Positions 37,555-46,075 of a stretch of 64,000 nt of DNA are shown piece after piece. This DNA comes from a virus: IMG/VR virus record IMGVR_UViG_3300025030_000050, positions 49,350 through 113,349 of that record. One strand, written 5' to 3'. The notes under the pieces were generated by a model that was not told where the DNA came from, did not search any database, and saw nothing but the letters and a program-made list of their open reading frames with translations. The translations under genes were made by a program, and so were the position numbers. Numbering within the stretch: position 1 is the stretch's first letter; every line of letters starts with the position of its first letter.

Positions 37555-39192
37555 TTACCATGTAGCGGTTTCACCGCCGAAAGTTGCTGATTCACCACCA
37601 AAAGTTACTAGCTCGATATGCAATCTACCCCCACCCAACGAATAACTGTCAGGTGTCCCCAGAAACCACAGGGGCGGCGGCATTGTCATGCCTTTGCACA
37701 ACTCGTATGCGCCGATTGGCTCGCCAGACCCGCAATAGATATTGTCGTGGGCGGTGCCGGCGTCAAAGAGCGATTTGAGGCGGGGACGGCCTTGAGTGTC
37801 GAGGAGGGGATTGTCGGTTAAGTCGGTGGCGTCGAGCGTTATGTCATTGTCAGGTGCATTGTAAACAAGGTTGTCGTGCTCCACAGCGACAGATCCCGCG
37901 CTTGTTTCAAACCCTTTGCTTGTCGGGCTGTCACAGAGGTTATTAATCCACGTAGTGGTATTGCCTATGTTGTCACCGTCAGCTTGACTAAAGCAAACAT
38001 TTGGGGAAATAACAGTGTTGCCAATCCATCGATTCCCACTACTCTCGTTGCTAGCGTTCCTCAACCCCATGCCGCTTGAACCACTTACGAGATTATGCTC
38101 TACAAGGTTTCCAGTTCCTTTGAAAATGCTTATGCCCCGCCCCCCGCAAGCCGCGTTGGTGTTTTTAATAATATTTCTGGCGACATAATTGCCTGTTGAC
38201 AACAGTGTGTCATCGGTGTTCGACCAATCCAAGATAATGCCACATCCGTCGCAACTTGCCGTGTCAACACTATCAATCCTGTTATCGATTACGTCAACCT
38301 CGTTAATCCAATGGAGCTGAAGGCAATTTACCATTGGGTAGTCCGAGTCACCACATTGTCCTACATGATTATCCTCTATTGTGCTGGCTAAAGTTGCACC
38401 GTTGATGCCACCAGGAAGACCCATAAACGGTCCCCGTGTGTGGTCAACATCATTCCTCGCAACAGTCAATCCTTCGACTCTATGCCCTCCGCTCCAGACA
38501 TCTGCGTCAGCGGTGCCGAATATGAAATTTTTGAGGTAGTCGCCAATGTTATCGGTAATGGAGATATTATACGGGTGTTTCGCATTTGCTCCCGCCTGCG
38601 CCATCCTGATCCCTTCCATTGTCCCATTGCTGCGAAAATCATTGTGGTGAAAATTTATGTTGTAGGAATCAGCGGTTGACGTGTAGATATCAAGGCATGT
38701 CTGGGATGTGTCCGAATCGCAAATAATATTCTTCACTTCAACATCATGTTGCCCGAAAAAGTACACTATGCGCCCGAGAGCGGCGCCGCCCGCAAACGTC
38801 AGAGTGCCGAGGCCGTCAATTTGATAGCACCCTCTACCAGCTACCCCAAAAAGAAATCCTTGCGTTGCGGAGTAAGACAAAACCGGTGCATCCCCAAAAG
38901 CTGGCGCAAAATAATACAGCGCATCCGATGTGCCGGTGGCCCTGACGATAAGCTGCCCGTCAATGGGGCCAGCATCGTCGCAAAAGTAAATTGTATCACC
39001 CGGGGTCATATCCGCGGCGTCTGTTCCCCAGTTATCTTGCGCGGAAAACCAAGACTCATCATGGGCAGTAGCACAACTTGTACCTGAATCATCGCCTTGA
39101 GTTGCCCCAGCAATGTAGACGCCCTTCGCCCCCGCCACGGACGGCATGGCCAACATGAGGGACAGAAGCAGGGCTAGAATTTTCTTGATCAT
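37555..39192 (-). CDS. Secreted right-handed beta-helix (pectate-lyase-like) protein
   Basis: Signal peptide ending AGA; G.SCATA, PGDTIY, Asn-ladder repeats, D.G...C......IGAYE. Confidence 0.8.
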   Translation of the reverse strand: MIKKILALLLSLMLAMPSVAGAKGVYIAGATQGDDSGTSCATAHDESWFSAQDNWGTDAADMTPGDTIYFCDDAGPIDGQLIVRATGTSDALYYFAPAFGDAPVLSYSATQGFLFGVAGRGCYQIDGLGTLTFAGGAALGRIVYFFGQHDVEVKNIICDSDTSQTCLDIYTSTADSYNINFHHNDFRSNGTMEGIRMAQAGANAKHPYNISITDNIGDYLKNFIFGTADADVWSGGHRVEGLTVARNDVDHTRGPFMGLPGGINGATLASTIEDNHVGQCGDSDYPMVNCLQLHWINEVDVIDNRIDSVDTASCDGCGIILDWSNTDDTLLSTGNYVARNIIKNTNAACGGRGISIFKGTGNLVEHNLVSGSSGMGLRNASNESSGNRWIGNTVISPNVCFSQADGDNIGNTTTWINNLCDSPTSKGFETSAGSVAVEHDNLVYNAPDNDITLDATDLTDNPLLDTQGRPRLKSLFDAGTAHDNIYCGSGEPIGAYELCKGMTMPPPLWFLGTPDSYSLGGGRLHIELVTFGGESATFGGETATW

Positions 39193-39518
39193 TTTACCCT
39201 CGTTAACGTGAACTCAAATCTTTCAATCCCGCCTTTGTACAAAATACCCCTGAATGTGCCGTCATCCTGCTCTTCAACAACATCGATAATGTCACAGAAA
39301 AATTCATGGTTTTTCGGGTGGTTATAGTCAAGGCAGTATTTTTCCCCGTTCGTGCTCACGTAGAAATGCGCCCCCTCAATCCCCACGGCCCGGTTGAATC
39401 CCTCGCCGTCCTTGATGATCTTGTGGTCGCCAAGCGGGTTGAAAATGCTTGCCCAGCCGTGACAGGTCACTGCCCATTCGCCGTCAAGATTCATAATATT
39501 ATCAACCCAAAAGTTCAT
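39189..39518 (-). CDS. Hypothetical beta-barrel-like protein
   Basis: Coupled ORF within the GC-rich block; no signal peptide. Confidence 0.7.
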   Translation of the reverse strand: MNFWVDNIMNLDGEWAVTCHGWASIFNPLGDHKIIKDGEGFNRAVGIEGAHFYVSTNGEKYCLDYNHPKNHEFFCDIIDVVEEQDDGTFRGILYKGGIERFEFTLTRVK

Positions 39519-39521
39519 ATA

Positions 39522-39989
39522 TTAAAGCAAAGTAATAATAATTGTCCCAGTAGCACTAACACCACTATTTGACGCAATATCAAGTTGTAATGTAGTTGGG
39601 CTTCCAATTGGATAATTAGCGTTATTACTGTCAATCATTGAATATTTTTCAATAGTATCACTCGTATCTATATTAGATAAAGCAGTCCCAAATACATCTA
39701 CTCCAGCATCATCTTTTAATGTTATATCAGCAACACCAGTCGTTACAGGAGTAGAGCCGGGTATATGCCTTATCTTTAAAATAAATCCATAATATCTACT
39801 TACAGAAATCCGTGTCGCAGTAGATAAAGACCCATCAGCAGCAGTTTCATACTCTATTGTTAGTGTTCTTAACCCAGACATTGTACTTTTTGATACAGAA
39901 AATGTTACAAGTTCTGCACAATAAACATTAATTGGGACAAATAAAAACAAAAACAAAAAAACCAATCTTTTAACCATCTTATCCTCCAA
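39522..39989 (-). CDS. Secreted beta-rich protein (likely start 39977)
   Basis: MVKRLVFLFLFLFVPINVYC signal peptide; GGAGG RBS. Confidence 0.72.
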   Translation of the reverse strand: MEDKMVKRLVFLFLFLFVPINVYCAELVTFSVSKSTMSGLRTLTIEYETAADGSLSTATRISVSRYYGFILKIRHIPGSTPVTTGVADITLKDDAGVDVFGTALSNIDTSDTIEKYSMIDSNNANYPIGSPTTLQLDIASNSGVSATGTIIITLL

Positions 39990-39995
39990 CTATTG

Positions 39996-41372
39996 TTAAT
40001 TTTGCAGAACAGCTAATTTTTTAGGATTATCAATTATATTTCCAGCGCCAGTACCTTGAGCTATATTAGATAAAACGCCATCCATAGTTGTCATGTTGAC
40101 CGCAATTAATGGTTCATCAAATCTTTTATCAAATTTTTCCTTACCCAATCCTGTTCTAACTTCATTAATTGATTCAATTCCTGTTTGAACATGTTTAATT
40201 CTTTCATTTAACAATTCTTCTCTTGAGTCAGGAACGCAATTATCATATGCTAGAAACAATTTTTCATCATATCGCCAAATCAATTTTTCATTTAACTTTT
40301 CTTCAATTCTTCTCAATCTCGGTTGGATTGTAAAACTCATATATTGATATATAGCAGCGTCTACATTCGCTCTGTTCGCTTCTTTACTATACATACCTAG
40401 TGCTTGTCCAAAAGCGTTTAAAATCAACTCTCTTATCTTTTCTCTGCCACCAAGATAAGACATTTCTTTAGGCGAAGTTCCAACTGGTTTAAATTTTAAA
40501 CCACTATCAAGTAATGGCATTTTCCCCGCATTTTTAGGGCCAGTAAACGCTTGTTTAATTTCAGCCTTTAATCTTTCAAATTCATGATCTCCTAGTTCAC
40601 TATCTGTTTCAAATGTCCCTGACAATGTTCCTTGATTTTTGAACATTGCTTCTTCATATTCATTTATAGAATGGTTTAATGAATATTCTTCAGTAATAGA
40701 AGAAAAAGGAGGGAACCCATAATAAACAGATTTTGGATTTGGCATTTTAAAATGAATCACAGCTTTTTCTTTTAAATCTATAGACTGTGTTCCTTTTTGA
40801 TATTGATAACCAGAAATAAAACTTTTACTATCTGGAACAACTTTACAATTTTGTGGCGGAATAATCCAAATTTCTTTTGGGATACCCATTCTGTCTTCAA
40901 GAATATGCCAGAATGTATTTCCAGTAAGTTCCTGATACAACTGCGTCATTTGCATCAGGTCAAAATTATTCATGAAATTGTTTACATTTTTTTTCAAATC
41001 AAGAAATGGATGATCAAGAACTTCTTCAAATTCGCTAGCTTTTCTAACAGAAGTTATATTTGATAGAAATGGATTTTCCCTAATAAAAGCGTCTTGAGAT
41101 TTTGAAATATTTCTCGTAGGAAAATTTTTTATTTTTTGGCCTTTCTTATTTTTTGCCACATAAAGTCTAAGAGGAATATTTGCTACACTATCAGCATTTT
41201 TAGAACTTGCAATATATACCCAAGACTTATAAGAATTCACCATCGCATTAAAATCATCTTCTGGGTACAACTCTCTGCCATATTGCCATGGGTAAAGCCA
41301 TGGCAATGACGTTCTTTTTCTTCCAACTCTAGCAGCTCTCATTTCAATTTCATATTTAAAAGGGTCTATCAT
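39996..41372 (-). CDS. Portal protein, HK97 family
   Basis: WVY...A..P, HP, GN.FW, IHFK.PNP...YG, G..NAGK..L..G, INEVR..LG. Confidence 0.96.
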   Translation of the reverse strand: MIDPFKYEIEMRAARVGRKRTSLPWLYPWQYGRELYPEDDFNAMVNSYKSWVYIASSKNADSVANIPLRLYVAKNKKGQKIKNFPTRNISKSQDAFIRENPFLSNITSVRKASEFEEVLDHPFLDLKKNVNNFMNNFDLMQMTQLYQELTGNTFWHILEDRMGIPKEIWIIPPQNCKVVPDSKSFISGYQYQKGTQSIDLKEKAVIHFKMPNPKSVYYGFPPFSSITEEYSLNHSINEYEEAMFKNQGTLSGTFETDSELGDHEFERLKAEIKQAFTGPKNAGKMPLLDSGLKFKPVGTSPKEMSYLGGREKIRELILNAFGQALGMYSKEANRANVDAAIYQYMSFTIQPRLRRIEEKLNEKLIWRYDEKLFLAYDNCVPDSREELLNERIKHVQTGIESINEVRTGLGKEKFDKRFDEPLIAVNMTTMDGVLSNIAQGTGAGNIIDNPKKLAVLQN

Positions 41373-41707
41373 TATTTATTTCCTTGAGAAGCTTCAAGAT
41401 AAACTTTATACCTATTTTTAAAAAAGTCTTCATGAAAATATTTTTCAATAAACTCTTTTTTTTCTGTATCAAAATATTCTGTAATAATATACAATTTATT
41501 TTCTTCTGGTTCTAATTCTCTTAAAATAAAATCTGGTGATGAGGAATAGTCTTTAATATAAAATTCTATCCCATCATGAATTAATAAAAGACCTTTTGGA
41601 AATATTTCTTCTAATTTTGCAGAAAAAAAATAATAATTTTGAGCCAAATTTTTTGTTGCAAATATATAAAAAATATTGTAAAGTAGTTTAAAAATATTTT
41701 TTATCAT
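41372..41707 (-). CDS. Hypothetical protein
   Basis: Coupled between terL and portal. Confidence 0.6.
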   Translation of the reverse strand: MIKNIFKLLYNIFYIFATKNLAQNYYFFSAKLEEIFPKGLLLIHDGIEFYIKDYSSSPDFILRELEPEENKLYIITEYFDTEKKEFIEKYFHEDFFKNRYKVYLEASQGNK

Positions 41708-43452
41708 ATTACTCTTATATGAGGAATCGCAGGCTCAAAGAAACATTGCATTAAAGAAGCAAACTTGTCTGGGCTTCTCCCAATCTTCTTTTTAATTGTT
41801 TTCTTATCACTTACTTTAATTTTACCACTACTTTGGTCTTCGTAATATTCAAACGCGAGCATCTCTTCCCTTAAATCATTATCATCCGGAATCATAGCTG
41901 AAGGATCTTTCTTAAGCCAGTCAGCTATGGTCCAGGCCAACTCATCTCTTATTAAATGAAACTTACCCAATTCACATTTTTTTTGACTTGGTGAACTTAC
42001 ATAAACTTTTCTGGCATTAATATGGCATCTTGCCATTTCTTTATGACAAACAGGGCACTTATAAATACTTTCATCAAGATAAGTTGTTTTATAATGAGAG
42101 CATTCATTATTTTCACACCTCCAATACCACATTCTACCAACTCTCGGAGGTATTGCAGCCCCAATCCCGTCAGCTTCTACATTAGCCTGATCTGCATCCA
42201 AACTTACATAAATTTTACTAAGTCTATCTGATGATTTATCTAAATCAACACCCTTCCAACTTTCAAATCCATCTATATAATTACCATATCTTTTAGCAAC
42301 ACAACAATTATCTCCACCCTCATCAGCAACGTCCATTCCTAGTAATGGCTTAATCCCTTTTATTACATCCTTCCCGTATGTTGCCCGATAAAGTTTCCAT
42401 CTACTTACAGCATTATCTATATCCACCATACTTATTAGAGAACTTTCTGTACAAGATGGGTACTCCCCTAAAACCTTATAGGAAAAAGCAGGATTTGTTA
42501 CAACCCTCCATCCACCCTTTAAAGGTGGATAGAATTCATTATTTCCTGAAGGTTTTTCACCAGTAACCCCAATTAAAAATTCAGGAACTTCAAAACAAGA
42601 TTTATCAACCTCTTCATCATCCCTTAACTCTCTTGACCAGCTATTAATCCTTTCAACAACTTTATCTCTACTTACTGCTCCTGGAATTAAATTTTTGCCA
42701 CTCACTACATTTGGGTGATTAAATGCAGACATTGTGATTACATTTGCTTTGCCTTTAGTCAATTCATAGACATACCCAGATTGACGTTTTGGGTTATACA
42801 TATTTAATTGCCTACTGCCATCACCTGAAAGACACCCATCCTCGCCTTTAAAAACCTCATCTGGGATAGCATCACTTTCATCATTTTCATAAAAAAGATA
42901 ATCTGCATGCTGCCCACTAAATTTAGCTTCTCTTTCCTCAGCAGAACCAGTGGATGGAATTGTTTTTCCAGTTATAAAATGTTTTCCACTACTTTCTCCG
43001 TAATCATCTTCTTTGCTATTTAAATTAATGTCATCTGTTATTTTTAAATTTAAAATTCTATCACTTTTAAATAATTTTCTATTTTTAACAACAATCTCTA
43101 CTATCTCACTCCAAAGTTTTTCCTTTAAATTATTTTCAGGAGGAGCAGCAACGGCAATTGTTTGTGATTTTGGGAAACAGCGATAATGCCAAATAGCAAG
43201 AGCTGCGGCACAAAAGGTTTTTCCAGTTCCGGTCGCTGATTTAACAACTGTGACTTTATTGTCTCTAACAGATTCAGCAATTTTAATTAAATCATCAGGA
43301 ATTATTTTTATTTTTAAAATTTCTCTAAAAAAAACAACTGGATCTTTTTGATATTTCGTATAATCTATATCATCCAGCAAGACCGATTTTATTTCATCTT
43401 CATTAAAAAGATTAGCAAGCAAATCTAAAGCTTTTTCATCTATGCCCATCAT
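41704..43452 (-). CDS. terL: Terminase large subunit
   Basis: SATGTGKT, SGQH, DESDAI, NP, GMDVA..G.D, D..GIGA, K..IKKKIGRSPD. Confidence 0.95.
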   Translation of the reverse strand: MMGIDEKALDLLANLFNEDEIKSVLLDDIDYTKYQKDPVVFFREILKIKIIPDDLIKIAESVRDNKVTVVKSATGTGKTFCAAALAIWHYRCFPKSQTIAVAAPPENNLKEKLWSEIVEIVVKNRKLFKSDRILNLKITDDINLNSKEDDYGESSGKHFITGKTIPSTGSAEEREAKFSGQHADYLFYENDESDAIPDEVFKGEDGCLSGDGSRQLNMYNPKRQSGYVYELTKGKANVITMSAFNHPNVVSGKNLIPGAVSRDKVVERINSWSRELRDDEEVDKSCFEVPEFLIGVTGEKPSGNNEFYPPLKGGWRVVTNPAFSYKVLGEYPSCTESSLISMVDIDNAVSRWKLYRATYGKDVIKGIKPLLGMDVADEGGDNCCVAKRYGNYIDGFESWKGVDLDKSSDRLSKIYVSLDADQANVEADGIGAAIPPRVGRMWYWRCENNECSHYKTTYLDESIYKCPVCHKEMARCHINARKVYVSSPSQKKCELGKFHLIRDELAWTIADWLKKDPSAMIPDDNDLREEMLAFEYYEDQSSGKIKVSDKKTIKKKIGRSPDKFASLMQCFFEPAIPHIRVI

Positions 43453-44147
43453 TTATTCCCAATACGACGAGCCAAACCTACTTTAATCGAATCTTGAACT
43501 TCTTTAGGAAACATCGAAATCAAAGTTTTTAAATCAACAGGGATTTTTCTATCATTGTCTTGTTCAAACATCCCCAAGTGTTTTGCCAAGGCATCGAGCG
43601 CACTTTTTTTATCAACTGTTTTTAGTTCTTTGATATACGATTCTAATTTCTCATTGCCGTCTTTATCTTTAACAGTTTTAACACCAATACTTAGTCCGGA
43701 TATAACAGCAGCGGTATCTCTATCCATTTCAGATAAATTTTTTAAACTATTGTCTTCGTTATATAAATCCTTTACATTGGAGTAAGCAAGTTTGGCATAT
43801 TCTGTTAAAACACGTTCTTGAGTTATTTGCAGTTTTACACTAATCTGTTTTTGAAGTCTTTCAATTTCTCTTCTTACTTTTGGATTTGAAAGGAGTCTTG
43901 AACCAGCAGCTCCAGCATTCCATAATGAATAACCCGCTTTTTGAGCGGCTTTTTCTTCGTTATACCAAATTACATATTCTTGACAAAATCTTGAAACACG
44001 AAAAGGAAGGTCTTCACCTTCCTCAATTGTTTCTAACGAATGAACTTCATTGACTAATTCATTATAATCGTCGACAGAGTAATCTTCGGTTTTAATTCTC
44101 TCCATTTGTTGATTTAAATTATCTTGTTTTAATATTTTTTTATCCAT
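43449..44147 (-). CDS. terS: Terminase small subunit
   Basis: FCQEY...N...AA.KAGYS...A...GSRLL, IT.ERVL.E...A, DK..ALDALAKHLGMF. Confidence 0.95.
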   Translation of the reverse strand: MDKKILKQDNLNQQMERIKTEDYSVDDYNELVNEVHSLETIEEGEDLPFRVSRFCQEYVIWYNEEKAAQKAGYSLWNAGAAGSRLLSNPKVRREIERLQKQISVKLQITQERVLTEYAKLAYSNVKDLYNEDNSLKNLSEMDRDTAAVISGLSIGVKTVKDKDGNEKLESYIKELKTVDKKSALDALAKHLGMFEQDNDRKIPVDLKTLISMFPKEVQDSIKVGLARRIGNK

Positions 44148-44153
44148 AATTAT

Positions 44154-44230
44154 TGGGGTGAAGTGTGAGAATCGAACTCACTAGAACCTGATTCACAGTC
44201 AGGAGGATCAACCGTTTTCCTTACTCCACC
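44154..44230 (-). tRNA. trnH: tRNA-His (GUG) with G-1:C73 pair and encoded CCA
   Basis: Acceptor GGTGGAGT/ACTTCACC, anticodon arm CCTGA-CTGTGAA-TCAGG, T arm GTGAG-TTCGATT-CTCAC. Confidence 0.92.
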
Positions 44231-44238
44231 ATAAAATT

Positions 44239-44427
44239 TTATTCAATAACTACAAATTCGTTTATGATAGAATCTACTTTTCTAATAACTTCTTCAAGTG
44301 TTTCTTTTTTTATCATGCACTCAAGTTCAAGCTCTGGACAAGACTGGGTTAGGGAATCTAATTGATCTAATTCATCTCTCCACTCATCAGTCATCTCTTC
44401 TAACAATTCAATAATTTCATCATCCAT
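44239..44427 (-). CDS. Small acidic protein
   Basis: ORF just downstream of a sigma28-type promoter. Confidence 0.65.
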   Translation of the reverse strand: MDDEIIELLEEMTDEWRDELDQLDSLTQSCPELELECMIKKETLEEVIRKVDSIINEFVVIE

Positions 44428-44458
44428 ATCAATTCCAATTCATTCTAAGTTTATTTAC

Positions 44459-44486
44459 TTATCGGCATAAGTTAGCAAAAACTTTA
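44459..44486 (-). promoter_or_regulatory. sigma28/FliA-type promoter upstream of tRNA-His and terminases
   Basis: TAAAGTTT-N12-GCCGATAA, intergenic. Confidence 0.82.
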
Positions 44487-44492
44487 ATATTT

Positions 44493-44663
44493 TTATTCTT
44501 CTAATTCAAGATACTCTTCATTGAATCTTTCAATCGATTCTCTTTCTAAATTTTTATTTTTTAAAGCCTTCCCAAATCTATCTCTCATCTTTATTTTTGG
44601 CTTTATTTTTTTATTAAATTTTTTACTTTTGTGCTTTGTTTTAAAATCATCTTCTTGAAACAC
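44493..44663 (-). CDS. 56-aa basic protein (not in ORF track)
   Basis: GTG start with GAGGG RBS; MFQEDDFKTKHKSKK... Confidence 0.55.
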   Translation of the reverse strand: MFQEDDFKTKHKSKKFNKKIKPKIKMRDRFGKALKNKNLERESIERFNEEYLELEE

Positions 44664-44678
44664 TTTTATCCCTCTTTT

Positions 44679-44915
44679 TTATTTTCTATCTCCAAATAAA
44701 ATCCAAACATCGCCTTTTAAAATTTTATGTGGTATTTCTGGTATATCATATTTTCTTAATTTTTTAAATTCTTCTAAATCTAAAACAATCGCAATCCCGT
44801 TTTTGTCATCTGCGTAAATACAATTATTTATTTTTAATCCATTGAATCTAATTTGAATGTTTGAAATTAAATTAGATTCAATGGCTTTCTTAAGATCTAT
44901 TTTCATTTCAAACAA
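44679..44915 (-). CDS. Hypothetical protein
   Basis: AGGAG RBS. Confidence 0.65.
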   Translation of the reverse strand: MFEMKIDLKKAIESNLISNIQIRFNGLKINNCIYADDKNGIAIVLDLEEFKKLRKYDIPEIPHKILKGDVWILFGDRK

Positions 44916-45117
44916 CTCCTAAATTAATCTGGCATTCTTTTATGTCAAGGATTTCTATATTGTCAAGAAATCTACATTTTTTAATATTATTCTCTTTGTC
45001 CAAAACAATGTATGGACAAATTTTAACAACTGCTGTTTTATTTTCAAACTGGCATTTTATAATTTGGTAACAATAAAATCCCTCAGGTATTAATTCAACT
45101 GGCATTTGTTGGTTCAT
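44908..45117 (-). CDS. Small Cys-containing phage protein
   Basis: IPEGFYCY...CPY...C.FL...IKEC.IN. Confidence 0.7.
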   Translation of the reverse strand: MNQQMPVELIPEGFYCYQIIKCQFENKTAVVKICPYIVLDKENNIKKCRFLDNIEILDIKECQINLGVV

Positions 45118-45131
45118 ATATAACTCCCATA

Positions 45132-45160
45132 AATATAATCATTGCAAATAACGTTGTCAA
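45132..45160 (-). promoter_or_regulatory. sigma70-type leftward promoter
   Basis: TTGACA-17 bp-TATATT. Confidence 0.6.
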
Positions 45161-45187
45161 GTACTAGATCCAATTTGCTATAACAAC

Positions 45188-45214
45188 TTATCGGAATATT
45201 TTTATCAAACTTTA
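45188..45214 (-). promoter_or_regulatory. sigma28/FliA-type promoter at the start of the leftward region
   Basis: TAAAGTTT-N11-TCCGATAA, intergenic. Confidence 0.78.
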
Positions 45215-45328
45215 ATAACATTATTTTTCAATCATAACATTCAAAATGTTAGCATTAAATTTTATGTTATTAATTTGAGTTTTAGTAAACAGATTGTAAA
45301 AGCAAAGTTTTTAAAAAAAATAATAATA

Positions 45329-45605
45329 AGCCACAACGTGGCTTGAGTGTTTGCGCAAGCAAACACATTTTCATAATTTTTTATTAATATTTTTATGAAA
45401 ATAAAAATATATTCGTAGAATAATCTTGTAAAGATTTATTCCTTAATATCTTGTAGAATATATTAGTCAATTTTGTCTATGACCAAGAAACCTATTTTTG
45501 TCTATGATTCATCGCCATTTTTGACTATGAACAGTCATTAAATTTGCCAAAAATGACTATAGTTTCTATACCAAATTTTAGTCAGTACTTGACAAAATTG
45601 ACTAA
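45329..45605. other. Putative replication origin
   Basis: Three TTTTGWCTATGA direct repeats, two short palindromes and an AT-rich tract next to an initiator-like HTH gene. Confidence 0.5.
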
Positions 45606-45617
45606 AGATGTTACCTT
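45589..45617 (+). promoter_or_regulatory. sigma70-type rightward promoter
   Basis: TTGACA-17 bp-TACCTT with TG extension. Confidence 0.5.
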
Positions 45618-45646
45618 CTATGTCTATAGTTAAAAATTAAAAAGAG

Positions 45647-46075
45647 GTGGAAATGGAAACAGAAATTAATCCAAGTATAAGGCCGGGTTTGCTAACAATT
45701 CCAATTGAATTAGTTATGAACCCGAACATTCCAGAGAGTTCAAAAACTTTGTTTGGTGTTTTTAATTTATACAAAAATAAAACAGGAGGATGTTGGGCAA
45801 GCAATTCTTTTTTATTTTCAATACTTAGGCATAATGAAAGAACAATTACTAGAAATATTAAAATATTATCGGATTGGCATTATATAAAAATTGAAAATAA
45901 AAACAGGTCAAATAAAAGGAGAATTTTTATTTGTGGCTATCAAGAAATATATGGCGATATTTGTGATAAAATTTATGACACAAGAAGAAATCCAGAAAAA
46001 TTAGATAATGAATTTGTTAAAAGCGAATTTTTAAGATTAAAAAATGAATTTATTAAGAAAAATGATTGCATATAA
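45647..46075 (+). CDS. Winged-HTH protein resembling the N-terminus of phage replication initiators
   Basis: IP..L.....SK.LFG...GGCWASN..L......RTI.R.I..L....YI. Confidence 0.78.
   Translation: MEMETEINPSIRPGLLTIPIELVMNPNIPESSKTLFGVFNLYKNKTGGCWASNSFLFSILRHNERTITRNIKILSDWHYIKIENKNRSNKRRIFICGYQEIYGDICDKIYDTRRNPEKLDNEFVKSEFLRLKNEFIKKNDCI

Noticed and set aside
34111-39572. Many antisense and overlapping ORFs in the GC-rich block and elsewhere opposite late genes
   Set aside because: Shadow ORFs of real genes, without RBS or recognisable motifs
44154-44230. tRNA as an attP site or prophage boundary
   Set aside because: No duplicated 3' fragment, integrase or host genes in the window
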